Positions 18,910 to 29,005 of a DNA stretch of 64,000 nucleotides are shown here, one piece after another. A program made the position numbers and the translations under genes. Numbering within the stretch: position 1 is the first letter of the stretch; every line of letters starts with the position of its first letter. The notes under the pieces are model-generated. The model searched no databases. It was not told where the DNA came from and was given only the letters and a program-made list of their open reading frames with translations. Where the stretch lies: the sequence record LC680884.1. One strand, given 5' to 3'.

Positions 18910-19470
18910 ATGATTCCAAAAAGAAAAGATAGTGATATCTCAATCTTTGAGAAAGTAAAAGATATCACAGTTAACAAGAAGGTCAATAGTAGTTTTAGAG
19001 ATATTGGTTGTGGTATTATTTTACTAGATGATAAAGATAGAATTATTTTGGGAACAAGAACAGACTTACCAGATTTTGTACATGAGAAAATTGCAAATGG
19101 TGAAGAAGAATATAAATGGACAATTCCCGGAGGTGGTCTTGAAAAAGGAGAATCACCAATGAGATGTGCTTTAAGAGAGTTAGAAGAAGAATTTGGAATT
19201 AAGGCAGGTATACAAACTTATACAGTTGAACTTGTTGATTATACTGATAAGTTTTATTTAAAGAGAGGTCAGATTAAATATAAAAGGGATTTTACTTTTA
19301 TTACTAGGTTAAAGAGATCAACTATTGATGATATTATTCCACAAAAAGGTGAAATTGGAGAAGTAAAAGCATTTACAAAAGAGGAAGCTCTTAATTTAAT
19401 AGTGGATAATAAAATCTATAAAGCTAGTAAATCTTCAATATTAATGGCACTCAAATATAATCGTCTCTAG
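18910..19470 (+). CDS. Nudix hydrolase
   Basis: Nudix box GGLEKGESPMRCALRELEEEFG, preceded by WTIPG. Confidence 0.92.
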   Translation: MIPKRKDSDISIFEKVKDITVNKKVNSSFRDIGCGIILLDDKDRIILGTRTDLPDFVHEKIANGEEEYKWTIPGGGLEKGESPMRCALRELEEEFGIKAGIQTYTVELVDYTDKFYLKRGQIKYKRDFTFITRLKRSTIDDIIPQKGEIGEVKAFTKEEALNLIVDNKIYKASKSSILMALKYNRL

Positions 19471-19478
19471 GAGGAAAT

Positions 19479-19679
19479 ATGAATACAGCATTTTATATTA
19501 ATAGTATTAAGAATCTAGATAATGAATCTCTCTTAGCTTGTCAAGAGGATGCTAAGAGAAGAATTCTTGATCATTCAATTGGTGGTAATATTGTAGAAGA
19601 ATATATCAAACGTCAAAATTCAATCTTGGATTTAACAAGTAAAGAGATCAGAAGGAGAGGTTTGAATAATGAGCGTTAA
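19479..19679 (+). CDS. hypothetical protein
   Basis: 66 aa, GGAGG RBS. Confidence 0.7.
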   Translation: MNTAFYINSIKNLDNESLLACQEDAKRRILDHSIGGNIVEEYIKRQNSILDLTSKEIRRRGLNNER

Positions 19680-19884
19680 TACTATTGAAAAAATTAGCTT
19701 TATTGAAGAAAATAATATCGTCTTAGAAGAAATGAAAAAGAATAACCTTCTTAATTTATTTCAAGTACTAATTCAGTATAATGAAAAATCTAGAGTTACT
19801 CCTAATGCATTCTTAAATGCATATGGGTTTGAAAGTGATATTGAAAAAGTTGTGGAAGAGCTAAATAAAAGAATGAAACATTAA
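19669..19884 (+). CDS. hypothetical protein
   Basis: 71 aa, overlapping start, RBS. Confidence 0.65.
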   Translation: MSVNTIEKISFIEENNIVLEEMKKNNLLNLFQVLIQYNEKSRVTPNAFLNAYGFESDIEKVVEELNKRMKH

Positions 19885-20129
19885 GTATAGAAAATATTTA
19901 AGAAATAATTATATTTAAAGTACTCATGTTCCTAATGGACTAATATCATTAATTGGTCTTATAAATGATAAGCCATTACCATGGAATGGTATCCCAGTTA
20001 AGAAAACAAGTATATGTAATTGTAAAGATGGTAACTTAGGAATATCAGATTTAATTGGATTTGAATTTGAAAAATCAGAATAAAAAAAAAGAAGGGCAGT
20101 GGGGTACGGTATGTACTCACTCCCTCCTT

Positions 20130-20933
20130 TTATTTTTTTATAAAATTTTCATAATTTCCATCCCATAGTTCATTACTAAATATAGCCATTGTTGTTATCC
20201 AATCCTCCTTAGAATCTCTAGGGTCTATTGGATCTGAGTGGCAATTCATAAATATTGGTAGATCAAATAAATAATCATCTCTATTATCTTTAAAGTTCCT
20301 ATGTGTATGTAGAGACATTTCTATTTCTATTAGCTCTTTATTTTCAATACCAGAATTAACTAAATTAATCAATTTATCTAAATCAATATATTTATTAGCA
20401 AATTCAAAATCAATACTAATAGAATCATTAAATCTACCATAACTATAATGAATCTCATCAAAATTCACCATTCTTGAAGGAATGTCAATACTCATGAAAT
20501 TAACTGTATCAACTAAGTTAATTTCAAGGTTATCTGGGATTTTGTAACCGTCAAATGTTTGAGTTTCCTTTATTCTCTCCCATATCATTTCTCTAATAAC
20601 ATTATAGAAGAATATTTTGTAAAGTTTAAAATCTTTATTAATAGTTCTTACATCTTTAATAAAGAATTCATATTCCACTTGATTAGACAATTTATATTCT
20701 TTATCTAATCTACTATAATCTATAACATTAATGATGCCTTCTTTATCTTGTGAAAGGGATCCGATGTTCATCTTATTGTTGCCATAGGGATTTCTAATTG
20801 ACTCAGTGAAGCTAAAACCTTTAATATTTCTAGAAACGCTAAATCTATAGTTTCTATCAAAAATACTTAGAATGCTTTCACTATTACATAATCCTCTATA
20901 TTCCTCCATTGGTGGTGTCATTTCTTCACTCAT
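20130..20933 (-). CDS. hypothetical protein (paralog of 20952-21701)
   Basis: Shared pattern, e.g. DKL.N..N and T...F...LW near the C-terminus. Confidence 0.7.
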   Translation of the reverse strand: MSEEMTPPMEEYRGLCNSESILSIFDRNYRFSVSRNIKGFSFTESIRNPYGNNKMNIGSLSQDKEGIINVIDYSRLDKEYKLSNQVEYEFFIKDVRTINKDFKLYKIFFYNVIREMIWERIKETQTFDGYKIPDNLEINLVDTVNFMSIDIPSRMVNFDEIHYSYGRFNDSISIDFEFANKYIDLDKLINLVNSGIENKELIEIEMSLHTHRNFKDNRDDYLFDLPIFMNCHSDPIDPRDSKEDWITTMAIFSNELWDGNYENFIKK

Positions 20934-20951
20934 CTCCCATATTTAAATAAT

Positions 20952-21701
20952 TTATATATTTCTTCCTAGCTCTTTATCTATCATAAATGGCTCCTTCCAA
21001 AGATTTATGTCAAATACTGTGATGGTACATAGATAATTTTCAGTTTGTGTAGTGCTAGTTTTATAGCCAATAAGTAGAGGTAACATATTTACATTAAATA
21101 ATCGTCTATTGTTAAGTGTGTTATAACTACAGTTTAGATTAATAGTACGAACATCTTCACCGATAATATTATTCATAATATTGAATAATTTATCAACATG
21201 AAATTCATTTTTCATTTTATGTAAATCAACATCTAGGCTGTTAATTTTCCCATCTAATACACTTGAGAAGACAAAATTTGCTTTATTTTCATCTTTAAAA
21301 ATTTGAACTTTATCAATATGTGATACAAAATGTTCATTTCCCATATTTCCAAAGAATGAATATGTTGCACCTTTAATTTCATTATTAGTTAATTTTTCAA
21401 CTAACATCTCTGTTAGGAATACTTTTAATCTTTTGTGGAAAAATAATTCTATATCACTATCTTTTCTATTAAGAACATCACTGTTTCCAATTAAAAATTG
21501 TAATTCAAAATTAGTAATAACACTATCTGATACTAAATTAAAATCCATAGACTTCACTAATTCATCTCTTTCCATAAAATGTGTTTTCTTAAGTTTCACT
21601 GATCTACCTTTTTCCTTCATGATTTCAGTTAATTCATAAATATTTCCTTTTTCTTCCACTTCCACAATCCCTTGTTCACTCTCCATAAAAATTCTCCCCA
21701 T
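20952..21701 (-). CDS. hypothetical protein (paralog of 20130-20933)
   Basis: 249 aa; early-type motif at 21748-21760. Confidence 0.7.
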   Translation of the reverse strand: MGRIFMESEQGIVEVEEKGNIYELTEIMKEKGRSVKLKKTHFMERDELVKSMDFNLVSDSVITNFELQFLIGNSDVLNRKDSDIELFFHKRLKVFLTEMLVEKLTNNEIKGATYSFFGNMGNEHFVSHIDKVQIFKDENKANFVFSSVLDGKINSLDVDLHKMKNEFHVDKLFNIMNNIIGEDVRTINLNCSYNTLNNRRLFNVNMLPLLIGYKTSTTQTENYLCTITVFDINLWKEPFMIDKELGRNI

Positions 21702-21747
21702 AATTTTTTCTCTCCTTTTCGAATAAATTGCACCATTTATCCCAATT

Positions 21748-21760
21748 ATAATATATATTT
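21748..21760 (-). promoter_or_regulatory. recurrent early-type motif AAATATATATTAT (also 26991, 39167, 51299; variants 4974, 9235, 43366, 46414)
   Basis: Four exact 13-mer copies, all intergenic and on the minus strand upstream of minus-strand genes. Confidence 0.6.
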
Positions 21761-21835
21761 ATAAAAAAATTTTGATACGGTTTTCTCCTAACTTTTTATG
21801 AGAAGTTCAAACACTCAATTGTAAAACTGAAAATC

Positions 21836-24100
21836 TTGAGGAGGAACATGATGAAAACATATAAAAGTCAAATTAAATTGGGAAATACTGAAAAAACTGT
21901 CATTGCTATCAATTACTCTAAAGAAGAAGTAAAAGAAAGTAGTATTGAAGTTGATAGATTACATCATATCCATGTATTAGATCGGTCTTGGTCAATGAAT
22001 ACTGATTTACCACAATTAATTGAAAATGTTAAAGGTACATTACGATTAATGAGTGATAATGATCTAATTTCAGTTATCTGGTTCTCTAGTGAAGGTCAAT
22101 GTAAAACAGTGTTTAAAGGTAAATCAAAACGTGATTCTGAAGATATTAATATTTTACTCGATACTCTTAAATCACCTGTTGGTGCTACTTGTTTTTCTGA
22201 ATCACTATTGCATGTTAAAGAAATTATTGATGACTTAAAAGCCCTCTGTCCTAATTTTAATGTGACTTTCTTTACTGACGGTGTTCCTGTAGTAAGCAAT
22301 GAGAAAAAAGAATATGAGTTAATTTGGGAAAGAATTGATTCCATTAAAGATGATATTATGGCTTTAAATACAATTGGTTATGGTAATTATTATAATAGAG
22401 CTTTATTAGAAGAAATGTCAGCTCAGACTATGTTTGGACGATTAATTCACTCTAGTAAGATTAATGATTATGATGATATTTTTAGTCATAACTATCAAAT
22501 TTTAAGCGATATGGTATCTGAGAAGGTTACTATTGATGCTGATGAAAATTCAAGAATTTTGTATCTAAGTAATAAAAACACTAAGTATTCTGAAGGAAGT
22601 ATGCATCTAGATTTCCTCAATAAAATTAAAAATCAATTCTTTATTATTACTGATGCAAAAGAAATTAAAGTAAATGATGAAATTATTGATGTTGATTCAA
22701 TTAATTCTAAAATCCCAGTTACTACTGAGACTAACTTTAAATATGCATTAGCTTATGAGTTATATTATGCTGGAAAAGCAGATGAATCGCTTGATATTAT
22801 GCATATGAGTATTGGTGACAAGTATTTCATTGACAAACATATGGAATCATTTACTGCTGATGCAAGACAAGAATATATGAAAGAGCTTAATAAAGCTATT
22901 TTTGTTAATAAAACACGTTTTAAAGATGGAAGAGCTGAAGAGGAATATCTTCCTAAAGAAGATGCTTTCTGTGTTATGGATCTGCTTAAAGTTTTAACAA
23001 CTGGAAATAACTATTATATTCCTTTAGATAGTAGTGAATATAATCGTATTGGTAAGAAGGTAACTGATACTTTTAATGTATTCAGGAAAAGTGATGAAAA
23101 ACCATTAGCTCCTATGAATGAACTAATTTTTAACGCTAAACATCTGAATATTAGTATTCGTTATAAAATTAATGGTAAGGTTTCTATTAACCCAATAGAA
23201 GCTAAACGTGTGGATCTTCCTAAAGAAGTTGACTCATGTATTTACCGCACTCAAACTATCATTAAAGATGGAAATCTCAATGTAAATAAAATTACTGTAC
23301 GTATTGATAAAGACACATATGATAAGTTATTGGCATTACATCAAGAAGGAGTTATTGATTTTGATAAATTATTCATGCATCTAGATGCTAATTGGAATGA
23401 AGAAGATGGGCAAAAAACTGTAAATAGCATTGACGTTACCTTTAATTTAGAATCTCTTCCAATTATCAATAGATTATATGCTAAAAATAATGATCCAGAG
23501 AATATTTTAAATATTGTTCATGACATTAATGTTCTTAAAGCAAAACAAAAAGTGGTTAAATATTATATCAATGAATTGAAAAATAAATCATATAACATGA
23601 AAAAGACAGAACATTTTGCACAATTTAATGCTGATCAAATTCGAGTATTAGAAGCACATGGTCTAAATTCTAGACTAGAATATCAAGGTATTGGACGAGA
23701 AGTTGCTGAATCTCACCCTGATGATTTCTATATGAGTCGTTTACTAGAATTTACTTTAAAAGGATGGTCTTCTCTTCCAAAAGTTGAAGATGTTTTAAAT
23801 GATAAAAAGAAAAATGCTCCTGCTGAAGCAATGAAAAATACTATTAGATTCTGTGAAGCAATTGTGAATAATGATAGTATTACTGATAAAGATAAATTGG
23901 AATCTCTAAATAATGTTCTTGACGTTACTAAGAGATCTATTATTTCTCAAACAATTGACTTAAATACACAAAAGATCTCTAAAGTTCTTACTGGTAGTTG
24001 GTGGGAAAAGTTAGAATTGGATAAGAAGAATAATTATATTTTTACTAAAGATAACTTAACATTAATCATTAAAAATGATATGGTTAAAGTACATTATTAA
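21836..24100 (+). CDS. vWA-domain protein with long uncharacterised C-terminal region
   Basis: IHVLDRSWSM (DxSxS), GATCF, FFTDG, LNTIGYG. Confidence 0.85.
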   Translation: MRRNMMKTYKSQIKLGNTEKTVIAINYSKEEVKESSIEVDRLHHIHVLDRSWSMNTDLPQLIENVKGTLRLMSDNDLISVIWFSSEGQCKTVFKGKSKRDSEDINILLDTLKSPVGATCFSESLLHVKEIIDDLKALCPNFNVTFFTDGVPVVSNEKKEYELIWERIDSIKDDIMALNTIGYGNYYNRALLEEMSAQTMFGRLIHSSKINDYDDIFSHNYQILSDMVSEKVTIDADENSRILYLSNKNTKYSEGSMHLDFLNKIKNQFFIITDAKEIKVNDEIIDVDSINSKIPVTTETNFKYALAYELYYAGKADESLDIMHMSIGDKYFIDKHMESFTADARQEYMKELNKAIFVNKTRFKDGRAEEEYLPKEDAFCVMDLLKVLTTGNNYYIPLDSSEYNRIGKKVTDTFNVFRKSDEKPLAPMNELIFNAKHLNISIRYKINGKVSINPIEAKRVDLPKEVDSCIYRTQTIIKDGNLNVNKITVRIDKDTYDKLLALHQEGVIDFDKLFMHLDANWNEEDGQKTVNSIDVTFNLESLPIINRLYAKNNDPENILNIVHDINVLKAKQKVVKYYINELKNKSYNMKKTEHFAQFNADQIRVLEAHGLNSRLEYQGIGREVAESHPDDFYMSRLLEFTLKGWSSLPKVEDVLNDKKKNAPAEAMKNTIRFCEAIVNNDSITDKDKLESLNNVLDVTKRSIISQTIDLNTQKISKVLTGSWWEKLELDKKNNYIFTKDNLTLIIKNDMVKVHY

Positions 24101-24103
24101 AAA

Positions 24104-24141
24104 AAAATAAGACTATACCAATTATGGTATAGTCTTATTTT
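24104..24141. terminator. bidirectional terminator
   Basis: 17-bp stem AAAATAAGACTATACCA/TGGTATAGTCTTATTTT between convergent genes. Confidence 0.8.
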
Positions 24142-24146
24142 ATTAA

Positions 24147-24779
24147 TTATGCAACATTTTGATTTTCATTATATTTTAGAAAATCTCTTACAATTGCTAC
24201 GTAAAGTCTAAATTCATCAGTGAAATTCATACGATTATTTTTACTCCAATCATTATTTAGGAAGAATGCTTTTCTCTGAGTGGTACTTAGTTCGAGTTGA
24301 ACTCCAATTCCTGTTGTTGTTCTATTAACAATATTGTTTGGATCAGCACCTGCAAAGCGGTCAGTAGCTAGAACAGCATTAAAGCCTCCATTTTGTAGCC
24401 TTTTAACTAAATTTTTATTTAGTTCTTCATTAGAGCCACCAACAATCGTATATTTTTCATCAGATTTAAATCCATGATATGATAATGCAAACTCACTTTT
24501 ACTCATTATTTCTAATGCTGTTGGCTCATCAAATTTTGCACTAGTAATATGAAGATCTTTATTATCAGTTGGTTTTAACCCTTCAAATAGATAAATATTG
24601 AAATCAGTTAAAGCCGTATTTCTAGCTAATTCACTAGTCCCAACTTCAATCCCTCCAGCATGAGGACAAACAATTGTAGTCCTAAGTCCACTGAATCTAG
24701 TAAAGATATCATAATCAATACCTCTTTTTTCATTCTCTGCTAATACTTCGAAACTTGGATATTTGTCTGCCATTATCAA
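24147..24779 (-). CDS. poly-gamma-glutamate hydrolase (PghP / Gamma_PGA_hydro family)
   Basis: PHAGGIE.GTSE, LHITSAKFDEP, SYHG, NIVN, GVQLELS. Confidence 0.9.
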   Translation of the reverse strand: MIMADKYPSFEVLAENEKRGIDYDIFTRFSGLRTTIVCPHAGGIEVGTSELARNTALTDFNIYLFEGLKPTDNKDLHITSAKFDEPTALEIMSKSEFALSYHGFKSDEKYTIVGGSNEELNKNLVKRLQNGGFNAVLATDRFAGADPNNIVNRTTTGIGVQLELSTTQRKAFFLNNDWSKNNRMNFTDEFRLYVAIVRDFLKYNENQNVA

Positions 24780-24792
24780 TCACTTCCCTTTA

Positions 24793-25002
24793 TTATCTCA
24801 ATATGATATAATAAAAGATTGTATTAGATGCTCCGACTGAACAAAATACACCTAACCAATCAATAAGAAGGGTAGATACAAATGAATAACTATCTTCACT
24901 AATAAAGTTAGTGATAAAGAGTGCTATTGCTAACACCCCTCCAATCACTGATAATATAATCATAATATTATTAAGAAATTTGACAATATTTTTAGCACTC
25001 AT
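24793..25002 (-). CDS. small two-TM membrane protein
   Basis: Two hydrophobic helices in 69 aa. Confidence 0.65.
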   Translation of the reverse strand: MSAKNIVKFLNNIMIILSVIGGVLAIALFITNFISEDSYSFVSTLLIDWLGVFCSVGASNTIFYYIILR

Positions 25003-25695
25003 TTATCTCTTTCCTTTTTTAGAAACAAATTCTTCATCAATGTACTTCCCTTCTTTATCGTATGTTAAGAATGTATACTCACTTTCTTTCTTACCGATAG
25101 TATAAGTGAAAATAAAGTTTCTTGACTTTTTAGTTTTATTAAATTTAGCATCAATTCTATGTGGTTTATTTCCCTTTATACTTTTAGTTCCTCTATATTT
25201 TCTTTTACCATTTTTCTCAAGAGTATACATTTTAATTTTTACATTTTTATTTGATACCTTTTTATTGAATCCAACATGAAAGTTACCTTTTCTATCAGTA
25301 ATAACGTGTAGAGGCGAATAGACTCTTCTTGTATCAAATACTTCTCCACTTAATTTTACCTTTTCTTTAGATTTAGTAACCTTAAATTTTTTCAAACTAC
25401 TCTCTTTACCATTCTTTCTAATAGAAATAGCGTACTGACCATTTCTTCTAACATTAATAAAATTATAAGATTCCCCATTATAAGTCTCAATTGATTCATA
25501 TTCTTCATATTTACCTTTATTTTTTACATATAAAACAAATTCAGTACCTTGACTAGATTTTCCCTTTGGATCAGCAAATACTAGTGTTGTATCCATAACA
25601 GTTGCATAAGGAGTACTAATTTTAGATTTTGCTTCAATAGTATTAAATGGAATTAATAATGTAGCTAGAATTGTTAGAATAAGAAGTTTTTTCAT
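25003..25695 (-). CDS. secreted basic beta-rich protein
   Basis: Sec signal MKKLLILTILATLLIPFNTIEA; Lys-rich mature part. Confidence 0.7.
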   Translation of the reverse strand: MKKLLILTILATLLIPFNTIEAKSKISTPYATVMDTTLVFADPKGKSSQGTEFVLYVKNKGKYEEYESIETYNGESYNFINVRRNGQYAISIRKNGKESSLKKFKVTKSKEKVKLSGEVFDTRRVYSPLHVITDRKGNFHVGFNKKVSNKNVKIKMYTLEKNGKRKYRGTKSIKGNKPHRIDAKFNKTKKSRNFIFTYTIGKKESEYTFLTYDKEGKYIDEEFVSKKGKR

Positions 25696-25726
25696 AGTTG
25701 TTCATCTCCTAATTTTTATCTTTCTT

Positions 25727-26077
25727 TTAAAGATTCTCTACATAAATAAAATGAGGATATTCAGAAAGTATTAATTTTTTATCCTCAAAGTATTCCCATG
25801 TAACATAGCATCCTGCATTAAAGCTTTCTTCAATAGTTTCTAAATTAATATTAAGGATACTATCTGTATCCTTTTCATTATAAATATAAACAAATACATA
25901 GTAACATTCAGATTTTTCTATACATTCATCCACCATACAGATGCGATATCTCGTTTGTTCTTGATTGTTTATATATTCAAAGCGGAGGGCAAACAATTTT
26001 TGAACTTCACTATCTGTTTCTGAGGCTAGATTCTTAATATGTTCAGATGCTTTCTCAATTTGTTCTTTAGTCCACAT
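25727..26077 (-). CDS. hypothetical protein
   Basis: 116 aa, GGAG RBS. Confidence 0.7.
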   Translation of the reverse strand: MWTKEQIEKASEHIKNLASETDSEVQKLFALRFEYINNQEQTRYRICMVDECIEKSECYYVFVYIYNEKDTDSILNINLETIEESFNAGCYVTWEYFEDKKLILSEYPHFIYVENL

Positions 26078-26089
26078 GATAAAATACTC

Positions 26090-26722
26090 CTATTTTCCTC
26101 TATATTTTAAGATTCCCATTTTAAAATCTAAGTGTTCCAATACTTTATTGATTTCTGGATGTATTGATAGTTCATCTTCAACACCAAGAATCATTTTATC
26201 TTTACTATTATAAACTTTACAATATTCTTCGTTCCAGTCACTTGTCTTAATTGTTAGACTATCTCCAATACTACAATAGTCAACTTTATATCTTTTTCTT
26301 GTCTTAGTATTATTATCATAGTATCCTCTAATAATACCAATATCATATGTATTAGTATTAAAAGCAATTTTCCCATAATTATATCTATTGATTCTTTTAA
26401 AACTTAAATCATCTGAAACAAGATGACCATATTTTTCAAGAATGGTAATATCTTGAGTCATACCTTTCTTTTTATTTAAGATATCATCTGCTCTCATTAT
26501 TTGACCTTTATTAGAACCCTTATTAGGAATATAATAATCAATATAAAAATTACTCTTTAATATTAAATCCTCAATATGAATTGCAAATTTAAGTGATTCT
26601 AAGTTTTCAGGGTCTTTCTTAAATCCACTTTCAAATAAACTATTTAGATGACTTCTAAATGATCGTCTAACACTCTCATTATATTTTTCTTTTTTAATTG
26701 CTCTTACTCCCAAATGAAACAT
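26090..26722 (-). CDS. hypothetical protein
   Basis: 210 aa, AAGGAG RBS. Confidence 0.7.
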   Translation of the reverse strand: MFHLGVRAIKKEKYNESVRRSFRSHLNSLFESGFKKDPENLESLKFAIHIEDLILKSNFYIDYYIPNKGSNKGQIMRADDILNKKKGMTQDITILEKYGHLVSDDLSFKRINRYNYGKIAFNTNTYDIGIIRGYYDNNTKTRKRYKVDYCSIGDSLTIKTSDWNEEYCKVYNSKDKMILGVEDELSIHPEINKVLEHLDFKMGILKYRGK

Positions 26723-26755
26723 CTCCTTTTATCCCCTAAGTGAATAATAAATCTC

Positions 26756-26929
26756 TCATTGTCCTTCCCAATACTCTTCAGTTAATACAAAACATTTATT
26801 GCATTCTACAACAAAGTTTTTATCATCATCCATATAATTTGTATTAGTTCTCCTCCTTTTAGCTCCTAGATTTCCACATCTCTGACATCGAATTTCTAAC
26901 TTTTCCTTTAAAATGTTATCTTTTTTCAT
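26756..26929 (-). CDS. 57-aa Zn-finger microprotein, not in ORF track
   Basis: MKKDNILKEKLEIRCQRCGNLGAKRRRTNTNYMDDDKNFVVECNKCFVLTEEYWEGQ; two CxxC. Confidence 0.6.
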   Translation of the reverse strand: MKKDNILKEKLEIRCQRCGNLGAKRRRTNTNYMDDDKNFVVECNKCFVLTEEYWEGQ

Positions 26930-27025
26930 AACTTTTTTAAAAAATACCTCCTAAAAGACTAATATGTTTTTATTATATTATAACAAGTATATAATATATA
27001 TTTTAAAAACATATTAGTCGTATTA

Positions 27026-28045
27026 TTAAATAACTTTAAATAAAAACTCTCTATATGAAAATGTTGGTGTTTTCTTTCCTCGATTTATATTAATATAAAT
27101 ATCTACTTCTTCATTTGGAAGTATATCAGGTATAGTAATTGATTCACTAAAATTAATATTATCTAAACTTAATTCAATCAAATCATCACTAAGTGTTTCG
27201 GTTGTTAGAGTTAAATTATTATATGTCTGGTTATCTGAAATATTCTTTAATGTAACTAATTGAGGAGAGCCGTAAGTATCAATTTCAGTCACTTCTTCAT
27301 TTGGAAGTACTTGATCTTTGTAAATCATTTCTAACTTATAGTCACAAGCTACAAATGTATTTCCATATGAAAAATTCATTTGATCAGTTCTTATTACTTC
27401 ATTACCCTCTAAGTCATATATTGCTAGATACCCATTGATATTGTAATCTAAAAATATTCTAGCTTCATTATTTAGATCAAACAATCTTTCCTTAATTAAA
27501 GTATTAGTTTCATCAAACAATTTAGCACTGTATCCTTCAGGAAAATTTTGAATAGTTAAAAATGGATCAGTATAGACTGCATAATGTATTAATTTTGCGC
27601 TTTTTGTACTTATTTTTTGAAACCCCTGTTTAATAATATTTTCACCTAAAGTACTGACACCTCCTAGATTCTGCCATGATTTACCATCATCTGATACATA
27701 ACATTGAACATAACCCTCAGAATAAATGATCTTCTGAAATTGTTTTTGAATGGGTTCATCCTTGTCTTCACTTATTCCATATTCATTTACTGAATCACCG
27801 ACATAAAATGTAAATTTCTCATCATCATTTAATTCTTCCCAATTTTCTTTTTTAATTTCAATAAGAAAATTATTATAATTTAGGGTTCTTTCAATTCTTT
27901 CATTAGTATCAATATACAGAGAATTATCATCAAAATCCTTATGAGTGCCACCCTTATTTAAAAAATCAGCAAAGTCACTGTTAGTATAGAAATTATCTAA
28001 TTCCAATCTACCATCTCTTACCTTTAAAAGATTCATAAATAACAA
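27026..28045 (-). CDS. beta-rich protein, possible lectin/adhesin-like structural protein
   Basis: YVSDDGKSW motif; Ig-like C-terminus; follows the structural module. Confidence 0.6.
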   Translation of the reverse strand: MLFMNLLKVRDGRLELDNFYTNSDFADFLNKGGTHKDFDDNSLYIDTNERIERTLNYNNFLIEIKKENWEELNDDEKFTFYVGDSVNEYGISEDKDEPIQKQFQKIIYSEGYVQCYVSDDGKSWQNLGGVSTLGENIIKQGFQKISTKSAKLIHYAVYTDPFLTIQNFPEGYSAKLFDETNTLIKERLFDLNNEARIFLDYNINGYLAIYDLEGNEVIRTDQMNFSYGNTFVACDYKLEMIYKDQVLPNEEVTEIDTYGSPQLVTLKNISDNQTYNNLTLTTETLSDDLIELSLDNINFSESITIPDILPNEEVDIYININRGKKTPTFSYREFLFKVI

Positions 28046-28062
28046 TACTCCTTTCTTTAATT

Positions 28063-28100
28063 AAATGAATGTAATGGGAAATACCCCATTACATTCATTT
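28063..28100 (-). terminator. intrinsic terminator
   Basis: 16-bp stem AAATGAATGTAATGGG/CCCATTACATTCATTT. Confidence 0.7.
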
Positions 28101-28370
28101 TTAGTTTCTCGTAGAGCTATTAGCAGGAAGAACTTCTGTCATAATAATATTGTCCATACCCGCAAGTTTCGGATCTTTTGGATTTTGCAACCAATCATTA
28201 AAGATTTCTTTTGCACCATCAAAATCATTATTTAAATAAATTAGTTTCCATTTATTAATATTACCATTCTTACTGACTGCAACAAAAACTCCCCACATTT
28301 TTTGTCTAGGTTGTTTAAAAATACTATTACTTGTTGAAACAGCATTATATTCAACTGTAGAATATTCCAT
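28101..28370 (-). CDS. paralog triplet A, member 3 (89 aa)
   Basis: RQKMWGVF..W.L..AKE.FNDWL.P..AG..NI..EV.P motif. Confidence 0.75.
   Translation of the reverse strand: MEYSTVEYNAVSTSNSIFKQPRQKMWGVFVAVSKNGNINKWKLIYLNNDFDGAKEIFNDWLQNPKDPKLAGMDNIIMTEVLPANSSTRN
28284..28320. repeat. 37-bp exact direct repeat, copy 1 (copy 2 at 29192-29228)
   Basis: AAAAACTCCCCACATTTTTTGTCTAGGTTGTTTAAAA, encoding FKQPRQKMWGVF. Confidence 0.9.
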
Positions 28371-28384
28371 TTATATATCCCTCC

Positions 28385-28984
28385 CTATAATTCAATTATA
28401 CTATCAGAAGGTACTATTTCTGTAATCATTATGCTGTTTATACCAGCTAATGGATAATTGCTACCAATCTCAGGTAAACGCAACCAATCATTCACTTTAT
28501 CTTTGGCTTCTTGAAGACTTTTTGTTAGTAATACGAGATTCCATGAATAATCTTTTACCTTTGAATAGTAGTAATAGATTTTAACATTATCATACAATAG
28601 ATCACTATCAGCATAATAAGGTTGATTATCTCTAAAAATTGAACCATCAAGAATTCTTTTAGTTCCTAGTTTGGTTGCTCCATCTTTAAGAATAGAAACA
28701 TTAAGAATTGTTTTAATTTCTTCACCTTCTGGACCAGTTTTTGGAATAATCGCATTTGGATCATAATCCTTAATAGAATAATCTTTTTTTGCCAAATTTG
28801 AACTCTCAATTCCAAATAATGTATAGTCTTCTTTCATTGAAGATGCATTAACTGGAACAGGTTCTCCATCTGTTTCTTTATATTCACTAACAATAAAGAC
28901 TCCCCATGTCTTTTGACGTAATTTATTAAATGTATTATCTTCATTAGCTAGTGATTTATATGCAACTGGATCAAATCTACCCAT
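28385..28984 (-). CDS. paralog triplet A, member 2 (199 aa; about 110-aa insertion)
   Basis: RQKTWGVF ... insertion ... WNLVLLTKSLQEAKDKVNDWL.P..AGINSI..EIVP. Confidence 0.75.
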   Translation of the reverse strand: MGRFDPVAYKSLANEDNTFNKLRQKTWGVFIVSEYKETDGEPVPVNASSMKEDYTLFGIESSNLAKKDYSIKDYDPNAIIPKTGPEGEEIKTILNVSILKDGATKLGTKRILDGSIFRDNQPYYADSDLLYDNVKIYYYYSKVKDYSWNLVLLTKSLQEAKDKVNDWLRLPEIGSNYPLAGINSIMITEIVPSDSIIEL

Positions 28985-29005
28985 ACTAAATTCCTCCTAT
29001 TAAAG

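Noticed and set aside
19918-20083. 54-codon open frame (STHVPNGL...FEKSE) after the Nudix operon
   Set aside because: No start codon or RBS in frame; at best a gene remnant.
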